NCBI GenBank assembly: GCA_951406725.2
Contig: OX597814.1
Coordinates: 37,448,001-37,512,000 of the forward strand
DNA: 64,000 nucleotides
Origin: Octopus vulgaris
Taxonomy: Eukaryota
Direction of reading: 5' to 3'
Of the stretch, positions 14,225 through 28,690 are shown piece after piece; within the stretch, counting starts at the first letter, position 1; every line of letters starts with the position of its first letter. Made by a program: the position numbers and the translations under genes. The notes beneath the pieces are model-generated. The model saw only the letters and a list, made by a program, of their open reading frames with translations. It made no database searches and was not told the origin of the DNA.

Positions 14225-14295
<71 letters not shown>

Positions 14296-14979
14296 TAAGC
14301 GGAAGATGTCAATGTGTATGCATATATATACACATTGGGGCGGAAGCATGTGCTTTTGATTCCAGGCTGAATCTATCATGTTTTATGGGGAGGAACCAGG
14401 GGAGCGCTGATTAGCTCTCAGCCGTGAAAACCAAATGATTTTGACTTCGGTTAGTATTTTTCTGTCGGCATAAATTCGAGTGTAATGCTTTCACCACTAT
14501 TCAGTAGATCAGCCCTGTCGTAAGGCCATAAGCACATTTGGCTGCTGTCCAGACGCCCCACCACATCGAGGGAGCAATCCTAATCTATGTATATTATGGC
14601 TTGCTGTTAATAAATAAGTACTATATATCTAATACATTGGACCATATATTATTTCTTTGTAGACAATCTATAATGCTGATTAGACATTGTTGCAGATGAT
14701 CTACGGCAAGATATGTTGAAGATGATCTAATTAGGTTGATATGAAAAAAAAATGGCTTTTCAGAAATTTATATGTCTTTATATTATCCTCCTCCGCAATA
14801 TTCTGTATGTATTTCTATCCTTTGGTGCATATGGATATGGTTTGGTACAAGGAATTAAACGTTTGTTAGACATTTTCTAATAAATAGTGTGTGTGTGTGT
14901 GTATGCGTGTGAGTGTGTGCATTTGTGTATAAGGCGACAAAGAGTGGATAAATGGATTATAAACGTAGGAATGTGTATA

Positions 14980-15460
14980 TTTAGATGCATTGGCAAAAAA
15001 AGAAAAAAATAATATTGCACTGATCGGATATTATGGAAGACAAAACTACTGATGCGAGCACTGAAATTGATATGGTACTGTTCTGAATTTCTGCTATCTG
15101 CGTGCAGTAAAATGCTGAGGTCTGACAAATACCTGAGTTTACTTCATTTGACGTATGAAGAAAATGAGAGTTAGCAAACTTTTTATTTCCATTTTTGGCA
15201 GATAATTTTGTGTACGGAATGAGCTCTTTCCTGTTAGGCAACATAGTGCTAAAATTTGATACGTTATAGATTGCAGTATCTAATTAATTTTTAGAGATTG
15301 TCTGGGATTTGCCAGGATAGGAATGAAGTTTACGAAGAATCCAAGCACATTTCCAGTTGTTTAAGACCCAGGATGAGCTGAAAAATTATTTATTTGTGTT
15401 TCTCTGAGAGAAAGATGTCACAGAGTTGCATTCGCAAAGCCTTGAGAAATGTGCATGGCA
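14980..15460 (+). mobile_element. Possible hAT transposase fossil
   Basis: Short peptides EDKTTDASTE (DETTD-like, ~15035) and HRVAF (HRLAL-like, ~15420). Heavily decayed. Confidence 0.35.
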
Positions 15461-15727
15461 GTTATGATTACTTGTTCTTACCTGTGCATATGACATAATA
15501 TAGAAAATATGTCCAAATATGACACTAATTATAAAATTTAAAGCTACAGTGCAAAATATAGCCACATAGTGCAGCTGTTAATATCAGCTATATGAATATC
15601 TTCCTAGTAACTGTCGGAATGTATTAAATTTGATGTTTATGTTATCAAATAGTTCTCATTTTTATTTTGACTTTCGAGAGAGTGACCGATTCTGCAAGAA
15701 AATAACTCTTCTGCAAATATAGTAAGC

Positions 15728-16968
15728 CGTAAAGTATGAAATTTGTAGTAAGGTATATGGTAAAATTTGACAGCCGCTACTTTTGCGCCATTAATATATT
15801 TTGACAATCTTTATTTTTTGCCAGAAAGCTGACAAATGTATTTCCTTATTCTAACTCGTTTTGCGCTTTATAAAGTATTTATAGAACGTCTTTTATTGCT
15901 ATTTTGTTTACAGATGGATAAATAGGAAATTCGTACAATTTTGAAATAAGAGTTCTTTTTTGTAATACAGCATCACATCCAGCTCAGCATATTAATGAAG
16001 TATTTCATTCTAATATATCAAATCGGTTTCCAATATTTCGCTCTGTTAACTTCGAATTCACAAATAAGCAACGCGGTCTACCAGAAACAAAGGTGGGTAT
16101 TGAAGATCCGCCGATCCACCATCGAGTCAGATGCATCTCAAAGTGTCCTTGAATTATAGTTGTTGTTTGGTGTTAGCAAGCAAGCAATATTGACTCACGT
16201 AATTCAAATAAGTAAAGTGAAAATGCTGGATAAGTGTGTTCCACATGACTCAATGAAAACCAGAAACAGCAGCGTTTAGTAGTCTGCATTATGCTATTTT
16301 CTCGTCACAAAAATGAATCCTTTTTTATTCGAATTGTAATATATGATTACAAATGGATCCAATACAACAACCGTAAACGTTCAGCACAATGGTTGGACAA
16401 AGTCAAGCCACCAAAACTCAGTCCAAAAAGCAAGATTCATAAAAAGAAGCTGGTAGTGTGTGTTTAGTGGTCGGGCGCAGGTGTGATCCATTATGATTTC
16501 ATTAAACATGGCTTATCAATTACTGCCTAAGTATACTACACCCAACTGGACCAAATGATGAGAAAACTTAAAAGAAAACAGCCTAGATTAGTCAACAGAT
16601 CAACTCCTATTTATTGCAAGACAACCCTAGACCATACATGGAAAAAACAACATTGGCGAAACTACAGGAGTTGGAGTTGGGAGTTCTCCATCATCCACCA
16701 TACTCACCTGATCTTCCCCGGCGACTACCACTTCTTCCAGAATTTGGATAAATTTTCGATAGGAAAAATTTAATTCTAACGATGCTGTAAAACAGGCCTT
16801 CGAAGATTTTATTGACTCTACATTGCCAGAATTTTACAGTTCCGGGCTAGACAGGTTACTGCGGAAATGGCAAATATGTATTGACAATATAGGTACATAC
16901 ATTAATGAATAAAACTATTCCTTGCATTAGCAAACTTCTTTTCTTTTCTACAAATTTCATACTTGACG
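15728..16968 (+). mobile_element. Mariner (DD34D-type) transposon, full length but decayed
   Basis: TIRs cgtaaagtatgaaatttgtag / ctacaaatttcatacttgacg. Broken transposase 15914-16912: MDK*EIRTIL, VPHD, KWIQYNNRKRSAQWLD, HPPYSPDL..DYHFFQNL, KWQICIDNIGTY. Confidence 0.9.
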
Positions 16969-17874
16969 AAATAATAATAGTGATATAATAGAGTAGTTTC
17001 TTTAAATTTCACAATAATGTAAAATAATAGTGTTGATTATCTCTTCGTCCTGGGTGGTGATTAGTTAATTATATTTTATCCATAATCATTTAACTCTTCA
17101 AAGTTTTATCTAACTCAAAGAGATTATGCTGTCCCATATGCGACTAAAGCTTGGCAGTGTGATTTAAGATTTGCTACCTTGGCGGTATGAACAAATTAGA
17201 GCACAAAATATCTAAATTTAGATAGAATCACCTAGCTACAAATTGATTCAGAAAATAATTTATTAATGCTTCAATGTTGAAAATAATAATTGTACATACA
17301 GGATTGAAGTCATAATACACAGCGGGCAGATATTCTCGGCGAGAAAATAATTTATATCGAAAGTTAAGAGAAACATCATTACGTAGAATTCAACTAGGCA
17401 CTGAAGTAAGAATATTCTTTATACTCTGTGTCTTGTGGAGAAAATTTATTATATCTTAAACATTTTGCAGCATAAAAATTTGCAATTGGAAATTTGCATT
17501 TTTATATTTAGTAGTGTTTATTTTATGTGATACTTCCTCCCCAGAGAACTTCTTGAAGTTAAATAGATGAAATCTTAGAAGAGGACTTCTGTTTGGAATG
17601 TTAAAATATATTTGATATATAACTCTTCGTGTAGATTGTAATATACTGATTAAGATATGATATATTTATTTCATAAAAAGAAAATAAAACATAGATTTTC
17701 AGAATTTCTTGTACATTTCAAAACATTTGGTGAGTATACAAACACACAAAAGCAAATACACACAGACACATATATATTAATACATACAAATACATATATT
17801 TGTATACACCTATGTTCACAGATGCATACATATGTATATATTTAAACATGCATCATTATGTATCCATAATATAA

Positions 17875-17909
17875 ATATATATATACATATACAATACATA
17901 CGCGCATGC

Positions 17910-17942
<33 letters not shown>

Positions 17943-18013
17943 TACATACATCTGTGTATATGTTTTATATATATATGTATAAATGTATATGCATTTATAT
18001 ATATAAATATATG

Positions 18014-18052
<39 letters not shown>
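17875..18052. repeat. Compound TA/TG microsatellite
   Basis: Direct reading. Confidence 0.9.
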
Positions 18053-18053
<1 letters not shown>

Positions 18054-18811
18054 AAAGGAAATACAAAAATACCTACATACTTTTTAGTGGTAGTGTGTGT
18101 TTGTGAGAAAGACCATATTCGTGTGTACAACAGAGAGCTATTTTGTACGTGTATGTGTATCACTCTATCTAACTTCTTGACTATATGTTATTGTTTTTGG
18201 AATTCCTAGATGTTTAATGTAAGGAAAGGAAATCATGAAACAAAACGAAGTCACTGAAGTATATTTATAAACATTAGATGAATAACTGGTATAGTTTGGG
18301 AGTATTTCCTTTCTTCAGTTACAACACGAGTTTTCAATGTTCTCACTCTTGATTTATATATTTCTTTCGAGACTCACTTTTCTTATTTATTATAAATCAA
18401 ATAAAAACTGACATATTTATTTCTTTTAAAATAAGCAGAAAAATTCATATCTTTAAATACATGTACTTTAATCTCTCATATCACACATACCTTTAAGAAA
18501 CATGAATGCATTTGAATAAAACAAAATCTACTTGAATAATAAGAAACAATAAAATTTAAAACAAAATATATAGTACGCTATAGTTAAATATTTTCACACA
18601 TATTACACATGTATTTGTATATGCCCTATCACATACACACACACATATAGATATTAGTATGTATTCATATATATATAAGCGTGTACGTGTGTATTTTTTT
18701 GTGAATTTATATCTATATATTTAAAGGCATTTCTCCAAAATGCAATTTACGCTACCTTCCGTTGATCCCTTTCTACCTGCATATGTGTTCATGTATATTT
18801 GATCGTGCAGA

Positions 18812-18832
18812 CGCACACACACACACACACAC

Positions 18833-18915
<83 letters not shown>

Positions 18916-18950
18916 CATACCTACATATGTACATACAAATATACATACAT
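18812..18950. repeat. (CA)n(TA)n microsatellite
   Basis: Direct reading. Confidence 0.92.
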
Positions 18951-19956
18951 ACACGTAAATATGTGTCTGTGTATGTATATGCTTATATGCCTCATAATAT
19001 AAGCACTTTGATCACACTTGAATTTCATTAATAGTAAAGGTTTTGAAACATGATTTCACTAAATATTTTCCCATTGGAAAATTTAATAGAAATAATGATT
19101 GTGCTCATATAGTGGTAATGCGGTATTCATTTCCATTTTACAATCTCGATAGATCACGGAAAATACATACGATGTTTAATTTCTTTAATGGGTAATTTCT
19201 TTCATAAATCCATTACAAAATTGAGTATGATTAAAATCCACTTTCCTTTTGCGTGAAGGGTACTTCTGTTCAAATTATTTTATAAAGATATACTGTATTA
19301 CTTACGTACTAAGATTATATTTTACAATAATTATTCTGGTATATGATAAACGGCTGATCAATATAAAAATTCCCAATATAAATTCACATATTCTATATAA
19401 CTTCATATATTTTGTCTGCATTATATTGTATCTGAAAGATATTGTAGCATCATACTTATGAATTTTGCAACAAAATTGTTCAAAGCAATATTGCTAAAAG
19501 TTTTGTTATTCATTTCTTATAATTACATATTATGCAAAAAGAAAAAAAACTATAACGGATAACATGAAATATCATATATAACATGCTATTACGATCCTCA
19601 AATGTTTTTCAAAATACTCAATTTAATATCTTTACAGAAGCATATTATCCCAGAGAAATCGCCAGTGGCACACCATTACTGGAGTGTTATAAGTATAACT
19701 TAATACTAACGTAGCTTTCGGTCTTTGGCAGTGAACAACATGACAAATTGCTGCTTATGAGCAGAGAAAGAATCACGCGATAACGAACATAAATAAACCC
19801 TGTCTAACCCAAACATTCTCAACATCACAAATATACCTTTTCCAATACTATAATTGGATTAATCCCGTTTCAGGCAATGTGAAATTAACGTGGTAGCATT
19901 TCCAGCACATTGTATATTGCCTCTAATAAACATGCTCATTTCCTCGGTTATCGTAA

Positions 19957-19957
<1 letters not shown>

Positions 19958-20045
<88 letters not shown>

Positions 20046-20060
20046 GTTTATCTATTTCTC

Positions 20061-20152
<92 letters not shown>

Positions 20153-20162
20153 TATATATATA
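19958..20162. repeat. Compound (TATC)n(CT)n(TA)n(CA)n microsatellite
   Basis: Direct reading. Confidence 0.93.
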
Positions 20163-20180
20163 TGCATTTATATATGCATA

Positions 20181-20443
20181 TATTCTTTTATTCCTTTACT
20201 TGTTTCATTTGACTCTTGCCATGCTGGACCACCGTCTTTAGTCGAACAAGTCGACACTCAGGGCTTACTCATTGTAAGCCTAGTACTTATTTTATCGGTC
20301 TCTTTTTTTGAACCGCTATTTTGGGGGACTTAAACACACCAGCATCTGCTGTGAAATGATGGTCGGGGGGACAAACACAGGCTCAAACACGCATATACAC
20401 ACACACAACCACACGAACACACACACACACACAAACACCCCAC

Positions 20444-20487
<44 letters not shown>

Positions 20488-20645
20488 GCTAGGCTTCTTT
20501 CAGTTTCTGTCTACCACATCCACTCACAATGTTTCGGTCAGCGCGACGCAATAGTAGAAGGCATTTGTACAAGCTGCCACGCAGTGGGAATGAACCCGGA
20601 AGAATGTGGTTGGTAAGCAAGTTATTATCACACAGATACTCCTGT
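20181..20645 (-). mobile_element. OR-type tRNA-derived SINE
   Basis: Colinear with 3721-4134, including the internal CA/TA tract and head (gccacgcagtgggaatgaacccgg). Confidence 0.85.
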
Positions 20646-23600
20646 ATAATAAGTATATATTATATTAATATTATTACATTATGCGTTATATAACATATAT
20701 ATTATATTTCATTAGATATATTGTATATATTTCAGCCAGGAAATATTCATATGTTAACAAGTTGAAATGAGATTATTCCAGTGCATATGTACAACATCTT
20801 AGAATGAATTACTCTGCGGTTATTTGAAATGTGTGACTCCTCTTCGATTACGTGTTTAGTTTGAAGTAAATATCAATACAAAATATAGAATATTAGAGTG
20901 TAGATGATTTTTACAGATCCAGCTTACCCAAATACTTAAGGCACTTAGTTTTACACTTAGGAATCTTCTTATCATTCCTGAATCTCTACAGTGGATATTC
21001 GTTGATATATCTAAGAATTTCGATTGAACGTAACACTGCTTTCCTGATCCATGCAATGCACTCCATTATTGTCCCTAACATTTTACATCAATCTCGAATG
21101 GCTGAAGTTGTTATTTATCTAAAACTGATGATTTCCTTTCCTTTCACATATAATTATTTTTTATTTATTTTTCTCTCGGGTAAAATGCCAACATCAAGTG
21201 TTGCATATACTCTTCCAATCAGCAAAATTAGACATCACCTTGGTAATATGGTAATTCAAATTAGCGTTTTGCTAATTACTGTGATATGCATTTCATATTA
21301 AATATATAAATATGCAAAATTGAGCTATAAACGACTTCAATCTGGGTTTATGTATTTTACTTAGAAACATTTCTAATAAATCTAGTCCAATTTAATGGTT
21401 CTACACCAACACACAACTGATAATATCAGAGTTATCTATATCCAGTAGGTTATTTGGATCGATTTCCGGGTTAACGGCAACACAAAATGTATTTCGATAA
21501 GCACAACAGAAATCACGAAGCCAAGGGCTTTAGTGTAAACCGATAATTGACTGGATCATGTGAAGTTACTGTTATGGGCGAATTACTGTTATGTATATTT
21601 TCAGGTTCATAAAACTGGAAATATTGTTTAACTATTTGCGATATATCCATATATTCTGTTCTAGACCAGTTTAGAGTGTCCTAAATTAAAAACTAGCTAA
21701 AAGTGACCAGTCAAAAATAACAACATTGAATATAGATTCGCAACTGCCTTATATTTTACCGCTGTTTCTTAATTTTTTTCTTCTTAGGATTTCTCGGGAG
21801 GATACTCTGAGACACTTAGAACAAAAAGCATCCGTGCTGATTTTCAGAACTGCTGTTTTCAGCTTGCACATATTTATTTCTACGTATTGGTTTGTTCTTA
21901 TGGGTAGGTATATATTCACCGAAGTCACAACGGGACATTATGTACCCATGTAGTTTATTTAGTTTTTAGATTATTGAAATATCTTATCGTTGCCCGTGCA
22001 GCATATATTCAGTGCTCGCTTAAGGAGATAGATAACTTTGGAATTATTTATTTCTCACTATGGATAATATCAAGAAATATGACATGTATATAATAGTTAT
22101 AATTTAACTTCTATCAAATTCTTTGGCTCTTATGCAAAATGTTAAAATAAAGCGAAAATATATCCACGCAAAATTCCATGTGCGTTTTTCAGATAAGTTA
22201 CTCAACTTACACCAATTATGTTAATTATTTCAATAACTCTCTTTTATCCTGTCCCCCCTGTTTCTATCTGATGTTGAGCGTGACTGGATAAGATCAGCCA
22301 AACGACCCACATTTACAAATGGGTTATTATTAAGTATAAGCGATATGCAAACATGCGTGTGCGCGCACACACACACATATCGGTGTAAATACCATATATT
22401 CATACATGAATTTAAACCTGCAGAATGTATCATGTAGGATATCCTATAAAACGAAACAAGATGTCTGTTTTGCCGTATTCTTTTTTTAATGAAGCATTAT
22501 TTTTGTAAACGAACCTGCTTGTAAACTTAAAATTCTAATAGATTTTTCATTGATAAATCGTTTGTAACAAAATGCTAAATAGGTACATTGTTTTACATTG
22601 TCAAATTTTGTGTAAGGTCTAAAATGATAAGAGGGATAGGAACAAGTTTATCATTTCTTGGACTCCACAACTTATTTGTTCACATCATCGGAATAACGCA
22701 TCGCATGGCTGTCAACGATAGCTTAAACAATCACTCTAAGCTACAAAATCAATCTTCCAAACGTTGGCGATGAAAAAGAGACAACCTAAAATGATTGATG
22801 TTATATCTTGATACAGAACTTAAAAATAGGTGTAATACATAATGCCACTGGATATTTTCATTTTCCGTATATAACATAAATAATACTTGGTTTATGAGTT
22901 TTATATGTGAGGTTAAATAACCTTATTGTACAGACCCAGACGACTGTGTATAACATCATCGAAGCAGTCATCAGCATTCAATGCATCTATGATTTATCAA
23001 ACTATAAATTAAAAATACTTTTCGCGGAGGAGTTTGTAAGCTGTAAATGCACAACCAAAAAACGGAAGAAAACAAAATCACGCTATTAACACGTATTAAT
23101 AAAACTTATCTTATTCTCAGTTGCGATTCCCACTGCGTACCATTGTGTTATCATTATAAGAATATCCAAATACAACTGTGTTTAGACTACATAACTAGTG
23201 TATTTTACATTGTTGATAACATACAGGTATGTGGTTGACATGTGAACATAGTAGCACTTTTCTTTATCTTTTGAATGATATGCATTCTCAAAACAGCGGG
23301 TGAACGCTGAAATGAAATTTATATTTGTTATATCATGATATACTCCATATAGTAACAATATTGTACTTAGCGTCATAGGAAATATACTTTTAAGTTTTCT
23401 CTTATATCGTATATCAACTACTGTTCATAATTTTCTTACTGTTATTTTGCTTCTCAAGACATGAAGTTATTTGTTGCGTTTAGCTATATTCTTCTATAAT
23501 CTTATTCTCTGTGTATAGACAAACGCGCACATTTATATATTTGTAATTATGTAATAACGAATACTACTCTGATTTTCTTATTATGACTAAAGCTTTCAGA

Positions 23601-24477
23601 AGCCGACCAGAAACCTGATACACCAACACAAAAGTATGTCCATTTAAAGAAACTGTTTATAAAAAATTTTCAGTACAACAGAACAAAATTGTACCACTAG
23701 CATCAATTTTTTCCCTTAAAGAAAATAAAGCAATTCAAACCATTTCCACCACGCACATTTATCATTTCACCATGATTTCTGAAAGAGGCTGAGTAGGAAT
23801 AAAGCCTATATTTCACAAATTTATTCTCGTGGCACTTTAAATATGATATACTGTCGTTTGTTTGAATATTGATTATCAGATTGTAACTACATATAATTTG
23901 TATAATTTTTTTTCCGTTTCTTACATTCTTGTTGTCTGAAGCCTTAACAAGGAATTCTCAAACTGCGACATAAGAATCAAATAAGTAAATCGTTTATATT
24001 TTTAACATTTCTTTACCTTCTTATTTTTTATTTTATTTAGGAATTTGCCTCTAGTTCTGTCACATCCTATCACAAGTTTTATTTTAAGAAAGCCTACATC
24101 ATGCAGCCTCTCCCAACTTACACAGTAGATTTAAAGAAGTGAGATTCACTTAAAAAGAAAGACCGTGCAGGGAGAATTCCATAATTTTCTGTTACACAAC
24201 TCATTTACAGCAGCATTTTAGTCATTGGAAAAAATCTTGAAATAATAGAAGTCCGGGTATTTCACAATTTCCAGAGAGAGTGTTGAGTTGTGAAGTGTGT
24301 GTCTTCGTGTCTGTTTAAGTACATACCTAAATACTGCAAACTCAAAAACACATACACATATACTCCCTCGCTCTTTGTACATCATACTGTAAATCGATTA
24401 AGTTAAAGTCATAGTTATACATAGGATGTAGAAAGGTACGCAGTGTTTTCTTAGGTATCAAAATAATTATGTTCCAC

Positions 24478-24717
24478 CCTCTTTTACGTGTTTCAGTCAT
24501 TTCAATCTGACCATGCGGGAGCACCGCCTTTAGTCGAGCAAATCGACCCCACGACTTATTCTTTGTATTCTATCGGTGTCTTTTGCCGAACCGCTAAGTT
24601 ACGGGGACGTAAACACACCAAAATCGGTTGTCAAGCGATGTTGGTGACAAACGCAGATACACAAACATATACACACACATACATACATACACACACATAT
24701 ATATATGTATATATATA

Positions 24718-24770
<53 letters not shown>

Positions 24771-24910
24771 GACGAGAATCTTTCAGTTTCCATCCACCAA
24801 ATCCACTCACAAGGATTTAGTCCGCTCGAGGCTATAGTAGAAGTCACTTTCCCAAGGTTCCAAGAAGTGGGACTGAATCCGTAACCATGTGGTTCGTAAG
24901 CAAGCTACTT
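24478..24910 (-). mobile_element. OR-type SINE, body; its extreme 5' end is displaced to 26981-27017 by an insertion
   Basis: The SINE sequence stops at ggttcgtaagcaagctactt and resumes as gtaagaaagctgcttaccacacaggcactcctacgcc. Confidence 0.88.
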
Positions 24911-26980
24911 TTATTCAATTAATTTGCCATAGAGGCAGTACAGAGATGGGTAGCTTTGCGGGCTGGACAAGACATTGAGGAGGCGAATGATAATGATACA
25001 AGATGATAAGGATGGAAGAAGACAGAAAGCGCCCGCCGACCCTCTGCTTCTCTAAGACATTGTTCATTAAAAACACATATACAGAGGTAGTGACCCTCTT
25101 ACAATTTAAAATACAATATATTTGGACTCAAATGTCCACACAAGTACAACATAATTAATACATAAATTGGAGGCGATAAACTTCTACAATCCCTATCCGA
25201 GCAATTTTCTTGCCACTTGCAGGCATTCATGCAACCGCAATACAGGGCGCCAATAAAGAATTCTATCATTCTCGTTTTCCCACGAGCCAATTATAAGATC
25301 GCAGTACTTTCTTTCCAGCACCAGAGCAGCCACCTGCGAAGGCCACTCTGGGCTGACAATACAAGTCGGGTCACTCAGCATCCGACTATACATATCATTC
25401 TCTACGAAACTATCAATAACACCTCCCTTGAGATAGAAGAACATATATTCTTCACTACTTCCACAGGGCGGGGCCTCAACTCCCTCACTCGGTGGCACAC
25501 ATCCCACTGACGAGGATACATTCTTCGTCCCACCTCCGGTGGAACAAATCCCACCGAAGGGGTTTCGGGACATGCCGTCACCGGCAATGGCCAGTCTTTT
25601 TTCTCTTCTTTTTTCCTTTTACGACGAGAGGGTGGAGTTCTTCTGAAATCTTCGGAGGACCCTACTCCTTCTCCGCCGTCTCAGGATCCATCGGTGGGCA
25701 ACCATTGTTGTCCACCTTCTTTCTTTTTCTTTCCTTTTGTTTTCGAGGAGGTTAACTACTCCTCGTTTTTTTCTTCCACTGGGGAAGCAGGGGATACCTT
25801 TTCAATTAACTGTTCCAGGATACTTGCCTGGTCCCGGCGACAGTTCTTTTTTATATGGCCCGATTCCAGGCACAGGTGATACTTGGGGGAGACGACCCTC
25901 ACCCATCACCGGGTAGCTGGAACCGGCCATTGTTAAAAAATCTGGTAAAACTAGATCATCGCTGATTGGGTTCATAGGGTCAAAATTGAGTTTTTGACTC
26001 GGGCCAATAAACCGCAGGCAAAATTTTTACATTTAAAAGCCTGGCAGGGCCACCACCTCGGCCCCGAAGGATAGTGTCTTCTATCAATTCAGCTTCTATG
26101 CCGGGTGGCAGCTCACACACCCAGGCTCTTGTCAACTTTTTTCTACCATAAGTAGAGAGAAACCAAATTTTCTCCCCCTCCAAATGCATGCTCGCAAAAT
26201 TACGAGGTTCCGCAGGGGTGTGGAAAAGAACACACATAGTTCCATATGTCGCACCTCTGCAGATAAACCTAATAGTTGGCAGATAGACTGCCAACTCCTC
26301 CTCAATTTCTTTCTCAGAGAAGACCTTGATTGTGTCAAGGACCCTGGAATAGATCCGTAAAACGGCCGTTCTCTCCGTAAAATTTTTCAACCACTCTTTG
26401 GGGGCCACAATTTGCCACTCCAAAGTGGATTTTAGAGTTGCCAAAGCAAAAATCAAAATCCTCAAACAAAAATCAAAATGTTCAAATTAAAGTCTATAAA
26501 GAAACACAAAAAAGATCGGAAAGACAGACAGGAAAAGAAAGAGCGAAGGAAAATAATCCAAAATGGCAACACAGCACAACACAATTCTGCTACTCTTGTA
26601 ATCCAGACTAGCAGTCTTTCGCAGCACAAATAGTATTCCGTCCAACTCTGGCTGTACTTCTATCCTTTATGGTAAAATTCCACTAGAAAGTGCACAGACA
26701 CAGTCATAGAAATTTCCAAATAATTTTCGGAGTGACACTACACCCTAAAATAAACACAATTCTCACTACGCAGTGAGTCTTCTTACACAACCACTGGCAA
26801 ACAAATGTCTGGAACACAGTGGAGACCCTTCTTCGAAAAAATAATAACCATACGGAAAACAAACCTCACTAAGATCCCAAAAAACAAATGATTTACCTGT
26901 GGTCGTGCTTAAAATGTTCAATTTTTCATGTAAGTCGTGACTTCCACCGTGACGAAAAACAACGCGACAACTTGGTAGCA
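24911..26980 (-). mobile_element. Internally deleted L1/Tx1-like non-LTR retrotransposon (ORF1 + probable ORF2 3' end) with 15-bp TSD
   Basis: ORF 25980-26465 continues after a frameshift into a gag-type knuckle K(Y)HLCLESGHIKKNC (~25840-25885). The downstream segment PPCGSSEEYMFFY resembles an ORF2 C-terminal Zn motif. No EN or RT is visible. TSD gtaagcaagctactt (24896-24910) / gtaagaaagctgctt (26981-26995). Confidence 0.7.
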
Positions 26981-27017
26981 GTAAGAAAGCTGCTTACCAC
27001 ACAGGCACTCCTACGCC
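26981..27017 (-). mobile_element. 5' end (A-box part) of the interrupted SINE
   Basis: Reverse complement ggcgtaggagtgcctgtgtggtaag matches the heads of the other copies. Confidence 0.8.
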
Positions 27018-27769
27018 ACCAAAAGTTCAAAGATTAATTATAACTTGGGGAATATTTTCATGTTGTATTCATATAAATTTTTTTACACGTTTGTAAGGAA
27101 GCTATTGCCGAAAATACATGACAAAATTGATATAATACATTTAGCCTTGAGTGTATGTCTTCACCCAGCTCATGGTGGCTACGAAATGTATCAAGCGTCA
27201 TTTTGTCTTTAAAATAGCCAGACACAATGGTATATTTTGACTCAAACTGTACATCTCTATCGCTTCAATAAGTGTTATAGAAATTCAATTTCTTAGAATA
27301 TATGAAATGTTTCAGCTGTTTATTTTCACAAGTTTTGAAAGAACTAAATATAAAATATGTTTCTAATTATATAATGACCGATGTAAGAATATACATTCGC
27401 AGACTAAAAGAAACGAATAATATTCATTCACACAACAGAAAAATCTTAATATAAGTATTTCGATGTTCCACACACACACACACACACATACACACACATA
27501 CACATACACCGCATTTCTTCTTAATCTCATATATATGTTTGTTTGCATATATTCATGTATATATATGTATGTGTGTGTTTGTATGACTTTGTCCGTAAGT
27601 AGAATGTGTGCGTCTATGACTATGTATATATTTTTACGAACAGCGGCATGATTGTATATCATCCCAGAAAGTAGGCTCTCGTGGATTCTGTAGAATTATT
27701 AAGGATGTTAGATGTAACAATATGTCTTCTATTCGTAATTTATTCAACGGACCTAAGGTCTTGACCACA

Positions 27770-28690
27770 TAAAGTGATAAAGCAGAGTTCTTTGCTCCAC
27801 TCTTTAGTTCTTACTCGATTCTCGATGACTCTGATCATTCACTTCCTGATCTTTTTTCTCAAAACTGATAAACTGCTACACACTTATCATCTTACTTTTG
27901 CTATGTTTGCGGCCATTGTGGCACGGTTGGATCCATATAACGCTACTGTACCTGATGATTTTCCAGTCATTGCTCTTGAGATGTGCGCTCCTGATTAGTC
28001 TTCTGTCTTATCTACGCCCTCCCGAATGTCTATCCCCAAAACTTGTTTTCCTTCATGGAGATTCCCAACTGTTGCTCTTGTCTTAAAGAACTATGGTGAC
28101 TGATCTAATCCTCGTAATCATAGAACAATTAGTTTACTACCAATCATCAGTAAGATTTTGAGCCCTTGATTAACGACTCTTTGTAAAAGATATTGACTCA
28201 AATCGTTTATTCTCTTTCTCAATATTGTTTCGTGACAGAGATCTACTTCTGATCTTCTCACTGTTATATTTGAGCGTGTTTATCATGCCTTGAATGTATC
28301 TGGTCAAGCTATGACAGTTTCTCTTGATATCCGTAAGGCATTTAATAGGGTTTGGCATGCTGGACTTCTATAGAAACTCCAATTGTTTGGTGTGTCATGT
28401 TTCATACTGAACATCATCTTCTCTGTCCTTTATGATCGTAATATCAAGGTTGTTCTTGATGGTCAATCTTCATCTAGTTATTCTATTAATGCTGAGGTTC
28501 CTCTAGGATCTGTCCTGGGCCCAACTCTCTTCTTTTTATCACTGATATGCTAGATAATCTGTCAGCTAGTAATCTATACTGATGACTCTACTTTGTACTT
28601 TTGTTTGGACAAATCTGACGAATTGTCTGATAAGGTTAAGCCTCTATCCTTGAGAATAATCTTCGATCTATTGTTGACTGGCTTAGGAAT
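27770..28690 (+). mobile_element. CR1/Jockey-group LINE RT fragment
   Basis: Broken frames read SNPRNHRTISLLPIISKI, SLDIRKAFNRVWHAGLL, KVVLDGQSSSSYSINAEVPLGSVLGPTLF and YTDDSTLY. Confidence 0.85.
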
